DNA of 64,000 nucleotides, taken from contig OX597823.1 of NCBI GenBank assembly GCA_951406725.2, positions 5,332,001 through 5,396,000 on the forward strand, written 5' to 3'. Origin of the DNA: Octopus vulgaris (Eukaryota). Shown here one piece after another: positions 47,533 to 61,900 of the stretch. A program made the translations under genes and the position numbers. Each line of letters starts with the position of its first letter. Position 1 is the stretch's first letter. The notes beneath the pieces were generated by a model. It worked only from the letters and a program-made list of their open reading frames with translations. It did not search any database and was not told where the DNA came from.

Positions 47533-50500
47533 TAAAAATATTTGAAAATATTGTATTCCTTGCATTGAAGTCTGTGTGGTTAAGAAATTTTGCTTAGCCT
47601 TCACATGGTTCTGAACTGTCTCTCAATTCATGTTATCTTGAAGCATGTGTTTTCTACCAAACCTTTGGCTTTACTCAACTTTTTTGAATGAAGTTGGATA
47701 GATGAAAATCCAACACCACCATCTAACCCTTGGGTCCCTTAAGCAAAATTCACTGTTACAAATATTTGAATTCAGTTCCCCATCTGATGATAACTTAGTT
47801 TATTCATTTGCTTCTTCCTGCTGCTGCAAACTCATGAGCCATGGTTTCTTGCCCCACCCTAGTCTTGGAGGCCTGTCAAAAATGGTGATGAGTTTCACTC
47901 TTCCCCTCTAACCATGCTCTAATAAATATTCAGAAAAAAACTTCATTTAGGTTTTTATCTGCAGCTTTGGCTTAAAGTGGGTAAAGAGGAAAGTCCATTC
48001 AAAAGACTGTGTTCCCTGATTTAAGACCACCTACTGATCCTTGGGTGCTTTTAGTAAAGGGGAAATGAACCTAGAACCATGAAGTGAATTTCTTAACCAC
48101 ACTACCATACCTGTGCCTAAAGAATAAAAGCATACATAAAAATACAAATGTGAGATGTAAAAACAGTTTTGAGTTGCAAGTTTATATATAGTAAATGTAT
48201 AGCTTTTAAACAATAGCTTTTGTCCATTAAATGCACATGAATTTATTTTAAAACCAGAAAATAATTCAGTGTATCAATTGTAAGTATAGCTATTTCATAA
48301 TAAATAAAGATTTAGAAGATATTTATGAAACACAGATTTATCATCGTGTATGTAGATTGTTTTATACACAGTTTTAGGTCTATCTCAAGTCTCACAGGTT
48401 TATTAAAGCCAGAGCTTGTAACTTCCATGCTGTATAAGTGACTGAAAGTATATAACTACTTTCTCAAGGGGATGCCAGTCCATTGCAAGATTCACCCACC
48501 CTCCCCCAACAGTTACTTGTACTCATTTCTGACTGAGTGGATTGGAATAAGGAGAAATTTTACCCTGTAATACAATGCACTGCCTGGTCTGGAAACTCAA
48601 ACTACAAACTTAGATTCATGAGTCTAAAATCCCTCACCTTCAGAGTGCTTAGTTTTAATTTTCAGACATATGAACCTCAAATAGTCTTTTCCTTTCACTT
48701 GTTTCAACACTGGGCCATGGCCATACTGGAGCACTTCCTTGTAGGGTTTAATTGGACAAATTAACCTCAGGTACCTATTTCAAGGTTGATACTTCTATCT
48801 ATCTTTTGCTGACCCAGCAAGTTACAGAGGTGTAAACAAAATAACACCAGTTATCAAGTGGTGGGAGACTAACACACACACACACACACACACGCACACA
48901 CACACCACCACCACCACCACCACTATCATAATCATAAGGTCTATGTTTCATACTGATGTAGGTTGGACAGTCTGATTGGGTCCTATGGGTCATAAGACTG
49001 CATTGTACCCTAGTATCTGCTTTGGAGCATTTTCTATGGCTGGATACCCTTCCTAAAACTAACCACTTTGCAACTTTGCAGCATGTACTAGGTGCATGGT
49101 TTTTGTGACACCAGCACTAGTGAGGTTGCCATGCTTATTGAGAGAGGCAGTTTTATACTAGGAGGTGAAGGGATAAAGTATGAAAGGAGGTGGCACAGCA
49201 GAACAGGTTTCTTGCTGCAGAAGAGCTACTTGCATTTTAGAAGAGAGGGTGGGGTGATTAGTGTGGATATGAATGAGAAGAGATAAAAATTGTAGTGATG
49301 ATGTGACTGGCTGGACATTTGGGATATGAGGTGAGTAGAAGGGAATCAGACCAGAGGAACCAGCAGTGTGGACGGGTGGAGGATGTCTGCCAGTGTGTCT
49401 GTCTCAAATCAATAAATCATAGAAGTACAGTGAAGTATAAAAGCATTAGAAATCAATATATTGTATTTGTTGCAGATGACACTTTCAATCTATATGGATT
49501 GAAAGTGAAAGAGAAGAACGAGTGCAGAAAAGGAGATTAAACACATCGGCAACATGAATGAAACTGTGTTTGTTCATGTGATGTTTTAAGTTCTCAGGTC
49601 TAAGAGTGACTATATTTCTAGTAGTAAAATGGATATGACAGCAATATTAAAAAATTAAGTCAACAGCTTGCTTGAGTAACAGGAGTATTAATAGATCACG
49701 GCAGCTTGACAATGAACTAAGTGAAAAGGTGGATTGTCTCTTTTTGTTTTTTTACTCAGTTAATCAAAAATGTTTGCAAAAGAAACCCAAAAAACAACAT
49801 ATAAATACAAATCTCTTTTCTACCCTTGGTCTGACTAAGGCCTTATGAGTGGATCTGATAGACAGAAACTGAAAGCAGTCCATCATTTATGTATTGTGTG
49901 TTTTTGAGTAAGTTTATGCTACTCATTATCTTCATGTGTTTTCACTGGTTGTAAATACTGATCTCAAGCAAATGGCATCGTTTGCTTGCAGTTCACCACA
50001 AATCCATGTCCATGCTTCTTGACATCTCTTGACTTGCTGCATGATTTTTGTGAGCAAAAGGCTCATTCAAAACTGTTGTTTGTTTCTAGAACTGCATATA
50101 AATATGTCTGGGCTGTTTTTGTTTGATAGACTGGGAGATTACTACTTTACTTGGAAACAGACAGGGATTAGCATCACAGACATCTAATCATATAAAAACT
50201 CTGCCCCAAATTTCTCTCATCTGATCCATGCAAGCATGAGTAAATAGACTTTAAAATGATGGTGATGATGATGATGGTGATGAAAAAAAGAAGAGTAACT
50301 CTTATCTGTCATTACATGTGTAATTTTAAATGATTAAATGCTTCAGCAAATAAGTTTGTTGGAGTAAGCTAAAAGTTTTTCATATTGAACTTCCTTTTAA
50401 AAACAAAAAAATATTCTTTAAAATGCAGATGAGATGTTTTTTAGAATTCCTCCCTTCTGTTTTTTTTTTTTAATCTAGTCTGTTCTAAATTGTAGGCAGT

Positions 50501-52039
50501 GGGTGATAAGTTTGTCTTGAAATTTTAAAACTACTTATTACATTTCCATACCAATGCAGTTGTCTGTCATAAAAATGATCCATCTCAGAAAAAGATTTTT
50601 TTATTTATGTATTCATTCCCTTATGATGATTTTGTCTCATTGTATAACACCTTGGGCAAGTGTCTTCTACTATATCATTGGGCCAACAGAATGTCAAGTA
50701 AGGAAGATGGGAAACCATATAGGTTAAATCCACACAAACTAGAAATCTGGATCTAGCAGGTATTTGTCGTTTACACTGTATCCACACAGGGTTCCCAGAA
50801 ATGGAAGGGTGGTCTTTATAGGAACAATGCTCTATTCATTTTTCATCAATGTAGTGATATAGTATGGGAGAGAAATAAGAAAAACTTTGAAGATTTCTTT
50901 AAAACTTAGGACTATTTTTCCTCTGCAAGACTATAAAGTAGTTGGATTTCTGCTTATAACATTGGACCATTGTACTGGACTTTATCATCTACACCACGAA
51001 CCCAATGAAAACCTACAATCTTCCAACTATCCAAGAGTTATTAAATCCATACTCAGTAATGTTGCATTTAGCATATCTATCTAGGCTACCAATTAATGAG
51101 AAGATTTTTCTTACAGAATATAGGATATATTATAATGCTGCTTTTGCCAGGGCAAAATATAAGATCTGTTATATTCCTAAAGGAAATACAGGGAAAATAC
51201 CTAAGGACAGTGGACTAGTCACAGAGTATAGATAGGCATCAAAGTAATATGAATTATAATAGTCATAGGAATAGGAAGTGGTGAAAAATATGAGGTAGCC
51301 CTCATAATGAGTAACACATATCTTGCAGATAAAAAACAAATTATCTAAATAAATCTTTTGTTTCTTGTTAATGCCTCATAAATACTGGATAATTCAGAGA
51401 TTGAACTCCAATTAGGCACATACAAAAATACTAAGCATAGTTCTAGGAACAATTGCAACACTTCCATACAACAATAAAGGAACTAATATATGCAATAACA
51501 ACCATACCAATATAAATTATGAAAACAAAATTAACAGAACAAGATTATGTAATAGAAATATCACATGGTATAATACTCCATTTGAAATTTATGTAGCCAT
51601 GGACATCCTGGGAATTTTCTTTAAGGTGTAGGACAAACATTTCACCCACCCCATGTAGAAAGATATTCAAGACATATCATGAAGTTTGCATATTCCACTA
51701 CATCTGATTTAGCAAATGCTACAGAGGTATTAACAGTAAGAAACTGATTACTGTTAGAAATAACAAATGTATGTTTATTCAGATTGTATAGACCAATCTG
51801 GGTCTATTACAAATAATTCACATCTATCTACCACTTCAAAATTTAGATCTGATTACATAACTATGTTCACTCTTTTAAATACAAGAGAAAAGAAAACTGC
51901 TTTTTGTTGGCCAAGTTCATTTGGGACCTCAAAGAGAGAAATATTGACTACATTTTATGGTCTATTGTAAGTAGGACTCTTACTTACAGAGAGTGATGGT
52001 AACTAATTTGTGCCCAGTAGAGGGACTAGAAATTCTCAA

Positions 52040-52495
52040 TCTTCGAACTTAGAGCTTCACAGAGGCAATGACTAGTAACCAAGATCTTTGGCAATATGCT
52101 GTGCTTGAGAAGTTCTGTCAAGCCAAGTGAAATTATAGTCATGACTGATGCTGGTGCCACATAACTGGCACCCATGCTGGTGGCACATAAAGAGCACCTT
52201 TTGAGCGTTGGGCATCATGGAGGCAATGACTGAGACCCTTGGCATAATGTCATGCTTGCAAAGAAGACCCATCAAGCTAAGTAAAATCACAGTTGTGGCA
52301 GATACCAGTATCATGACAGTGGCACGTAAAAGCACCCATTATACTCTCATAGTGGTTGGCATTAGGAAGGGCATTCAGTCATAGAAAACCATACCAAATT
52401 AGACTGGAGTCTGATACAGCCTTCAAGCTTACCAACCTCAGTAAAATCCTCCAACCCATACCAGTATGGACAACGGACTTTAAATGATAATGATA
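52040..52495 (+). mobile_element. 5'-truncated RTE LINE (ORF end, duplicated segment, 3' UTR, tail)
   Basis: EAMTSNQDLWQYAVLEK ORF end, GGTGGCACATAA units and the tail shared with 2489-3133. Confidence 0.75.
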
Positions 52496-53386
52496 TATAT
52501 ACATACATACACACATACATATGCGTTTGTATATATAGATATATATACACAGAGACACATGCATGTGCTTATACATATGTATATACATACACATGAAGGT
52601 GTATGATGAGATCCTGTTTTTACATTGCATGTCACCATCAAACAAGTGGTGCTATTTATTTTCAATCCTCCAAGGAAATATGTCTAGCCATTGCGATATA
52701 TTATCTTGCTTGGAAACAAGTGATGGAGACGACGGGCCATAAAGAATCTTCCTCAATGAATTCTATGAATACGTAGACATTAAAAGAATGATGTTGATAT
52801 CTTATTTTGAGAACAATAAGCACTGTAGTAGTAGATTTCCAAATGATCAATCTAGAGTTCACTGCATTTACAATATAGTATGACTAACAAGGGACTTTCT
52901 GGGGTAGTCTTTTTTTTTTGTGGTTTGTCTTTCACACCAATACACATTATTAAAAGATACATATATATTATATATTATATTCTTGCATATTATATATTCT
53001 TTCATATAGACGAAATGGGATTGCATAAGGTTTCCATCTGTAAAATCCCATATGCAAGTCATTGGTCAACCACAGGTTATGGCAAAAAAGAGACTTGCCT
53101 AAGGTGCTGCACAGTGGGACCATCCCCTAGAATCATATTGTTCTGAAACAAATTTCTTTGTCACACAACATATGTGAACCCATGGTTTGTTCAATGTAAA
53201 GCTGTATAAGTTGCAGCAGGTGTCTATTCAGGACTTTTGTGGCTGTCATCATAAACATACTTGTTCCACTTTGTGACACTAGTGCCAAAGGTAATTAGAT
53301 TTCATACAGAATGTACAATGATGAGGTATAGTCTATTTCTATATTTAATATCAAGTGCATTGATATCACCAATCTCAGAGGGCATC

Positions 53387-53420
<34 letters not shown>

Positions 53421-54865
53421 TATTATTAAAATGTATGGTTACTTTTAAATGAAGGTTAGGTAGCATTCTGCAGGTATCTATTTTATCATTAATAAAGAAG
53501 CAAAAGGCAATGTTAACCTGACTAAAATTTTAATGTAGAATATAGAGAGACCAAACTTGCATGTTTTAAATGCCCCTACTCCCATCATTTCTAACCTTTT
53601 TGATATGTTCTGTAGTTTGTGTTAGTAGCATTTTACAAAGCACATTAAAAGTAGTGGGTCTTCGTAAGGACATTGTTTTCATTTAATGTACCTTGGGTTT
53701 GTCACTGTCATGGGGCTCTTTTGTTTTTGTCTAAGTTACCTATATGAAAAGGAAGAGTTGAACTTAATTTATAAGCTAATGGAGCTCTCTCGTCAATTTT
53801 ACAAGAAATGTTTCCTTCTCTGTGGTACCTATTATTACTTAGATGGACTAAACCACTTAACTAAATACTTCATTACTTAGTTTATACTGGACATGAAAAT
53901 GTTGAAAGAGTTTAAGAAAAGGGTGATTATAAGAACCCATCTCATTTGTGCTATTAAATGAGTGATTTTTGTAATCTGCTGAGTTTGTTTGAGTAAACTG
54001 CCAAATTTAGGGTCAATACTCTAAAAGCTTAGGGTGTCAATCTCACAACAGATAATTATTTCTAATTTAGAGAGAAGGTCAACAGCTTTTGAGGAGCAGA
54101 TAACTTGAAACCATCAGTGACAGCTGGCAGAATTGTTGGAGCATTGGAAAAAAATGACTTGCAGTATTTCTTCTGATTTTTTCTTCTGAGTTCAAATCCT
54201 GTTTGGGTCAACTTTGCCTTTCATCTTTTTGGGTTTGATAAATTAAAATATTGGTCAATTAATCTTTTCCCCTAAAAACTAATTGGCCTTGTGCCTAAAT
54301 CAGAAACAATTATGTATTCTTAAGTGATTAAAAATATGGGTTATTGTCATGGTTCTTAACCCCCGAGTCAAAGATGTTCCAGCCATGATCATCCTTTCAT
54401 TCATTCAGACACAGTATATTTAGGAGTACATTATCCCATGAGTTCTATTATTTTCTAAGACTGTAAAATGTGAGCCAAGGGAAATATGGCTGTTATTTCT
54501 AGCAAATTGAAAAAACACTTTGTCCTTCCCTTGTTTATACCAGTTCTTGATACTTGTGCTGCTGTTGTTTTGCCCTGGCCATCCCAAATTGAGAAAAATT
54601 TGTGATCAAATGTCTTCCAATCAGACCACCTCTTCCTTTTTATCAAATAAGGTATCTAGAATTACAAATGTGTTTGTTTTTCTTTTCTTGTCTTAAGACA
54701 GCTGTTTATATATCTATTTCATCTCATGAATGTTTAACTGTATTTAAATGATTACATCAAAAGTTACTATCAATAGGTGCAAGGAAGCAAAGCTGTGAGG
54801 TTAACAAGCTCAATTCCTGGCCACGCAATTTCAGGTTTGGTCCCATTTCATGACATCATCTACTA

Positions 54866-56167
54866 CAGGGTGGTGCAAAGAGGTCAGACGTTTTTGAAAA
54901 ATTCACAAAATCATTAATTTTAGCTGCAAACAAATTTTATTGACATCAATATATTCGTATTGAATTAGTATTTGTCAAAATCAAGTTTGGAAAACAACAT
55001 CCGTCATGTGGTGTCTGTTTTCATTGATGCATTTCTGAAGGCGTTCTTGGAAGTTGGCCTCAACTCTCTCCAGCAATGCTCTGTCGATTTGGGCGACTTC
55101 TACGTAAATATCTTCCTTCAGATCATCTAATATATGGGGCTTATGCACATACACACGTGCCTTGAGGTTTCCCCACAAGAAATAATCACACATGGACAAA
55201 TCAGGGGCCAAAGAATGTCAGCAAACCTGGAAATGAGACGGTCAGTGAAGAAAGTCCATTGATGCTCTGGCTGTGTGGGTTGTTGCCCCATCCTGCTGAA
55301 ACCACACACGTCAGATAGACATACGTTTCCGTCATAATTCAGGCACAAAGAAGTTGTTTATCATCTCGATGTAACACTCAGAATCCACAGTAACAGCATT
55401 TCCGTTATTGTCTTTAAAAAAGTAAGAACCAATGACAGCATCTTTTCCAGCAGCACACCAGACTGTCACTTTTGGGCTGTGCAGTGGTCTTTCATGCAGT
55501 TCTCTCAGATTTTGAAGAGTCCAATAATGACAGTTCTGTTGATTCACCATGCCATTGAGATGAAAATGAGCTTCATCACTCATTAACAAAATGAGGTTGT
55601 CATTTGCCTCAAAAATTGCTTCCATCTGACATGCAAAGTTAGGCTGCTGCACATTGTCCCATGGTTTCAACTGCTGCCCAAAGGCCAATTTGTACAGGTG
55701 GAAATGCAGGTCTTCATGCAAAATATGCCTCACTGAACAATTACCGATGCCGAGTTCAGTGGGATGCCTCCAAGCAGAGTGATTCAGACTCCATATCAAA
55801 GCTTGTCTAATGCATTCCACATTTTCCAAGGTCTGTACCATTTGTGGTATTCATTAGAGTACCTTGTGTACAAAATGCATTCATTCAACATAAGGTTGTG
55901 TTACGGGTGGGAACAACCCGAATTCAGTAAATGTTGAAGTGGCACTGAAACTCACGCTGAACTGCTGTGACAAACTTGTTATTCTTCATGTAACTGTCAT
56001 CAGCAAACATGCGATGCTCTATCATCCACAGTGCCATGGCTTCACTTGAAAAGAAAAATAAATGCTAAGACACAACAGACCGAATGGTAACTGTCAAGCA
56101 TATGCTCTACCCCCTGGGGCTGAGTAATAGCCATTTCAAAAACGTCCATCCTCTCTGCCCCACCCTG
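54866..56167 (-). mobile_element. Full-length DD41D-like Tc1/mariner fossil inserted into a SINE
   Basis: TA-flanked TIRs CAGGGTGG...CCACCCTG; MSDEAHFHLNG, LHSPKVTVWCA, WFQQDGATTH and PDLSMCDYFLWG. The SINE head (54785-54863) and body (56170-56235) are split at the TA. Confidence 0.9.
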
Positions 56168-56899
56168 TACTATAGTCTCAAGCTCACCGAAATCTTGTGA
56201 GTGGATTTGGAAGATAGAAACTGAAAGAAGCCCTTTTTTCAGTATCTGCCTACTTATCCTGCTCTTACTTCATGCAAGATTTCTGCATTAATGTTTCAGC
56301 TTATATTTACTGTCTATCCAAGGTAGACATACTCCTTCACCTTCTCAATTTTATCACTTTCCACCACTATTTAGTCTTGTATACAGTTTTCAGACAGTGT
56401 GTATTTTGTTTCCATCACACACCCTTTCTACTCACTATCATTTTTGTCTTTCACCCTGTAAAGAGGCTGGTAAGTGAGTAAAGACAAGGGGTCATGGAGA
56501 TGCCATTAGTTTTATTGAGGACATGACTTTGCTCGCATGCTGGTCCCATAAAAAAAAAAAACGCTTTATAAAGTGATTTGTGTTAGGAAAGGCATCAAGG
56601 CATAGAAAACAAATTACAAGTTAGATGAAGTTCTCTGACCCATCAAAGTTAAAAATACTCTTGAACATATGCAGACTTCAACAATGACAACCTGTCCAAC
56701 CCATGCTAGCATGGAAAGCAGACGTAAAACAACAATGATGATAATGAGTAAGCTAGTTACTACACGGTCATAAACAATAGCATAAAAACAAAAAAAAAAC
56801 AAACTTTATCTCCCTTATTTGTTTAGCCAGATGTAAATGCTAGCTAACTTCTGATATTTTCCCCAAATAACTATTTTCTTTACTTATGTTTATTTCTGA

Positions 56900-58100
56900 C
56901 TAGCAGAGGCATCCGGTGTTGCCTGGGAATTAAATTTTTCCTTATATATTGGAAGAAAAATGCAAAATATGCTGTACAGAAATTTGTTATTCTAAATTGA
57001 ATTTATTCTTCAATTGAGAAATCGATTCTGAATTCATAATATAAAAATAATAATAACTATAAAAAATAAAAAATCTTATCACATGCACTGCATTGTTCTG
57101 GAATGCAACCAACTCTGTGATGTCATAATTTGTCTCTTGCTATGTCTCTTGAAGTTAAGTCACTAATTTAACAGTCTGTTTTTGGCAGTCCAGAGCCAGA
57201 CACTTGTGAATTTTTGCCTCCCATGGCCAAAACTTGAACCTCAGTTTCAATCAGTGCTTGATTAAAAATTGCTTCAGAGAAGTGAATATTGACATCTGGG
57301 TTTGCCTGTTGAACTGCATACTTTAAGTCCTCGGCCATGTCCTCATGATGTTTTATCCAAAGCTGTAGGGGACTGCCAGGTTGACACATGTTCAGTATAA
57401 TTGCAAAAAGGTTATGGAATTTCCTTGGAGAATCTGATACTGATGCTTCAGTCAATGCAAGGTCCCAATGCTTATCATTTTCTGAAAAATCTTGTTGATA
57501 GCATGCTTCCCTATAAATTTCACACACATAACCATTTACCCTCCTTGAATCTTGGAATGATTTCGGACCATGTACTTCATGCAAAAGGAGGCGTAAGTAG
57601 TAGCATTCTGCTTGGCTTGGGTGGACACTGTAAACTCTTGCAAGAGCATCAGCCCCACCTTTCCTCTTGTGCCATTTATTGTTTCTAATACTTGGGTAAT
57701 TGTGTGTAAAAGAGTTTTCTTGCATCTTCATCTACTCAATACAACTTTTAAAAAAGGCAGTAAGGATAGTTTCTTATGGAGAAAGTGCTTGTTATAAGGC
57801 TGTTTTTTTTTGTAGAGATACTTCTGTGGCCATTCTCTAGATGGACAGTCAGATGAATGATGGCTATGTGCCTCTCATGAATGGGAAAATTGAAGATGCA
57901 CCAAAAAGCCTCATTGGTACTGATGTGTCTTCCTCTGTCATATTGTGCAACTTTGTCATTTTTATTTATCTGCTGACTGCCATTCTGCATTAGAGTGTAT
58001 GTTGCAGCATCTAAACATTTGTTTACATATTTGAAAACATACTTGATAGAGTTAACAGAGTTGCAGAATCCAACATTGACTCTGGCTACCTGTACTCGTC
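56900..58100 (-). mobile_element. Helitron fragment (Rep-helicase linker region) with 3' terminus
   Basis: SIKYVFKYVNK, GRHISTNEAFWCIF, LTVHLENG and ECYYLRLLLHEVHGPKSFQD. Reverse complement terminus has a degenerate hairpin CCCAGGCAACACCGG followed by CTAG-T at 56900. Confidence 0.9.
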
Positions 58101-58320
58101 TTTGCTTCACTGTTGAATACTGATCATCTACATCTACCCTGACTCCTCTTCTAGAGAGTGAGAACATTGTTCTCAGAAACTCTTACGAAAATTAAAATGG
58201 TGATTAAGTGAAAAAATTAGTTATGTGAATATCTTCACTAGAGTAATTGAAATAAATGGCAATTATGGAACATCCCATGCACACACACACACACACAATA
58301 TCAAACATCAGATGAAATGG

Positions 58321-58368
<48 letters not shown>

Positions 58369-58694
58369 ATGAGAGAGAGAGAGAAATGGTGTGTTGTCAT
58401 GTATAGATACATAAATATGCATACATCATTTTGTGTGTGCGTGTATGTATGAGAGAGAGAGAAAGAGAGTGAATGCCATTTAGACATCACTCTCTCTCTG
58501 TCTCACACATACACACACACACACATACATGCAAAAAAGATGTATGCATATGTATTTATGTATGTATGTATACATGACAATACACACCTTGACTAACTCT
58601 CTCTTTTACAAGCACACACACGTACATAAATGTATACAAATGAACTTATAAAAACACACGTGTGCGTGTGTGACTGACTTGTGTGTGTGTGTGT

Positions 58695-58737
<43 letters not shown>

Positions 58738-58859
58738 CGAAAGACAATATTGCGAAGAATGAATGAAATAAGCATGAAATGAAAAAGTCATAAATAAAAG
58801 CTCCTGTATGGAATATTTAATAAATCTCATGGAATTTATCATTGAAGCTTTAAAATTTA

Positions 58860-60050
58860 TTCACTGGAACAATTCTTATTTGATACCAACTGCTACTAAT
58901 AAAAATGTGGAATTGTGATGGGAACAGAAGTAGCTCAGTTCATGCAAACCTAATAATGGGATATTTAGAATTAACTATATATCAAGTAGCACTACAAAAA
59001 TATGGATACTTATTTTACCAATATATAAGAGAGAATTGAAAAAGATATCTAGATGACTGCTTTATCCTTTATAATGAGAATATTGATAACATCTTAAAAT
59101 TTAAATCACTGCACAATAGAATAAATCTAAATATTCAATTTGCAATGAAGTACAGCAAAGTGCAACTTACATTCCTTGATGTTTTGGTTAAAAGAAAGTC
59201 TACAATCAAATTTCAATTGATATCTATTATAAACCCACAGATTCAAAAACAATACCTTCTTTTTAACTCATGCAACCTGAAATACATTAAAATAAATATT
59301 CTCCTTTAATTTACTGGAAAGTATTTGCACTATAGTGTCTGAAGCAAATATCTGGGACCTCCAATTTCATGAACTTCAACCCACACAAGTCAAGAGACAC
59401 TTTCCACTTTCACTAAACATGTAAAGAAAGTAAAGATCCAAACACTAAGGGAAACAAAACAAAATTGCTCCATTTAGAAATACTACCCTATCTCTTGACA
59501 CACAACCATAGAAACAATCAAGCATATAACACCTCTATTCAAAATTTACCTATGCTCCCTAGGGACCCTAAGGTGAACTGCATTCCACAAGCAGACAAAT
59601 TTATCAAAAGTAAAAAAACAACCTAAATCACTGAAAAGAATTATGCCCAACAACAACAGAACCAAGAGTTAAAAGATGTAGACATCCAAACCTACTGGAA
59701 GGTTCTGAATTCCACTTCAAACAAGGAAAAAGATTCATAATTAAGACTGATTTTGCCTGTTCATCTGAAAATTCAATTTACATGATAACCTTTTTATGAT
59801 GTGGACGCAGCTGTATAAGTTAAACAACGATGTCCCTCAGATGAAGAACAATGCTGCATAAGGAACAGATCCATTTCCCAAGGTATAGACAAATACCATA
59901 AACAAACATATAGAGAATGTATGTGGAGACTCCAACCAAACTTCACTGTTTTCCCTATTTAGCAATGCAAGGAAACAATTTCTATGCAAGAATGATTAAA
60001 TAAAGAGAACATATTTATTGAAAATACAGACTGCACCTGAATATCAACTT
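58860..60050 (+). mobile_element. Decayed Penelope-like element (RT plus C-terminal GIY-YIG)
   Basis: MGT..A..ANLIMGYLE, KRYLDDCFIL, IQFAMKYSKVQLTFLDVLV, DIYYKPTDS..YLLFNSC and CSSENSIYMIT. Confidence 0.85.
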
Positions 60051-61189
60051 GTAACCAATTTTGCATTTTATAAATATTTTAATTTATGAACACATAACGA
60101 ACTTTGTAAATAAGTTAATTCATAAATTTATAACTTCGTAATTTAAATACTATCAACTCACCTCCTCATAAAAAGGAGTAATTACCACCTGTGCTTCTAA
60201 TAATAACAATCATTAGATTTATTTAGCTACTGATTCATTTACAAAACAACATCCTTGCTAACGTGGACTAAAACTTCTTATGATACCATGAAATTGAATA
60301 TTTTCAGTAACTTTTTAGTCATGATTAACTAAAGCAAAACTGGTTGACTATGTAAATATTTTCTCTCATAAAAATATATATACATTCCGTGCATTTTCCT
60401 TCTTATATTTTTCACAACTCACCACGTTGGTGGGTGGGTGGAAATCTTTCCAATGAAGCTTTTAACTAAATATATATATATATATATTAATCTAAGTGTA
60501 CAGTATTATATATCCATTACATCTGATCTTACCAATCAGTTTCACACTAGGGATTCAATGGAATGTTAGGTCACAGCCCAATTTTGTAACCCTGTACTCT
60601 TCAGAGATGGTAGTTATGGAATGAAATATAGCAACTGCTCTCTATTGTTGGGGGTGAACAGACACATCCACTTTGTGGTTGCAGTGAAAAAGATGATGAA
60701 ATGAACTGAGCAAGGGATAACTTAAGAGTTATGTCCCTTGGTACCAAAGCACCATTTCTGGAGGTGTTGCATGACAACAAGAATTTTCTGGTAAAAAGTG
60801 TTTGGCAAATATGTGTATATTTTAAGGTTGGAGTTCCTGTAGAATTTGAATGTGTGCAGTGGTACTATACATGCAGTGTTTTCAGTGTGGGGTGCCCAAA
60901 GGTTGCATAAGCATCTGTGTGTTTTTTGTTTATGTTTGGTTAAGACCTTGGTTAAATTCTTTGGGACATTTATGTAGGCATGGAGTGTGTAGGAGGGGTA
61001 CTATATGTGTATGGGCTTATGTTGAGGGATGGAAAAGTGTCTATTGGGTGGATGTCCATTGTGTAAAGGCATGTGTGTCTGTGAGTGTATCTGTGTATGT
61101 TCTGATCAAACTCTACTGGTTTCCTAGGTATTGGTGGTAGGAGGGCCCAAACTGGGTGACTAGCAGTTATAGTCACAATGGGGCATGTA

Positions 61190-61900
61190 AGTATGATAAG
61201 ATGTACTTCCTTTCATGCAAGCAAGGATAAAAAATTTTATTTCTACAGTTTAGGCAGATGTTTGGGTGCTGAGAGTTCTTTAATATCACTTTATCTCAGC
61301 CAAACATAACCTACACTTCCTGCTGCTATTGAAGCAAGCTTTACATCTCTCTAATATCTTCTACAATATAGTGTACTTGGTACTTTCTTTCTATGATCAT
61401 ACATGCTTGGCCAAGTTTGTCTCTCTATGATGTTGAAGGAGGATTTGTGGTTGTTATAACAAGTTATGAAAGAGCCTTCAGTTGACCCTACATACTTTTA
61501 CATGTTTGGTTGCCCATTTGGTCCAATTGCTGTTACCTCTGTCTCATACACGACAGTTTCTGTATTACAGTGGATGTTCAATGGACATATGTTACCCCTA
61601 CAAGAGCATCCTACCTCTATCTCAGGTGTGGGTCTACCTACCAATATCTTTTTAACATTGGGTGCACAGCTAAAGGAAATCCTCAGGGTGTACCTATTTA
61701 AATATAATATTAAATAGTTCTGCCGAAATTTCTAGAAGTTTTGACTGAATGTTATAAAAACTGAGATACTGAACTACCAAACAGAATAACTTCAGGAATT
61801 CTGTCGGTCAGTTCTCATCTTTTCTACTTATTCTGTCATGAATAACCATGAATTATTTTCATATAAATAAAATATTTTATGCAATGGAAACTTCAGACTA
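61190..61900 (-). mobile_element. Penelope-like element GIY-YIG endonuclease fragment
   Basis: PLHKIF, CPLNIHCNTETVVYETEV, KYVGSTEGSFITCYNNHKSSFN and KCRLCLAEI. Confidence 0.8.

Noticed and set aside
50690-51970. Coding-like AT-rich stretch, possibly an old mobile element or viral relic
   Set aside because: No motif recognised in any frame.
60270-60320. Hammerhead expected in the pseudo-LTR of the 58860 Penelope element
   Set aside because: Only CTTATGA..GAAA remains, and stems I and II do not pair.
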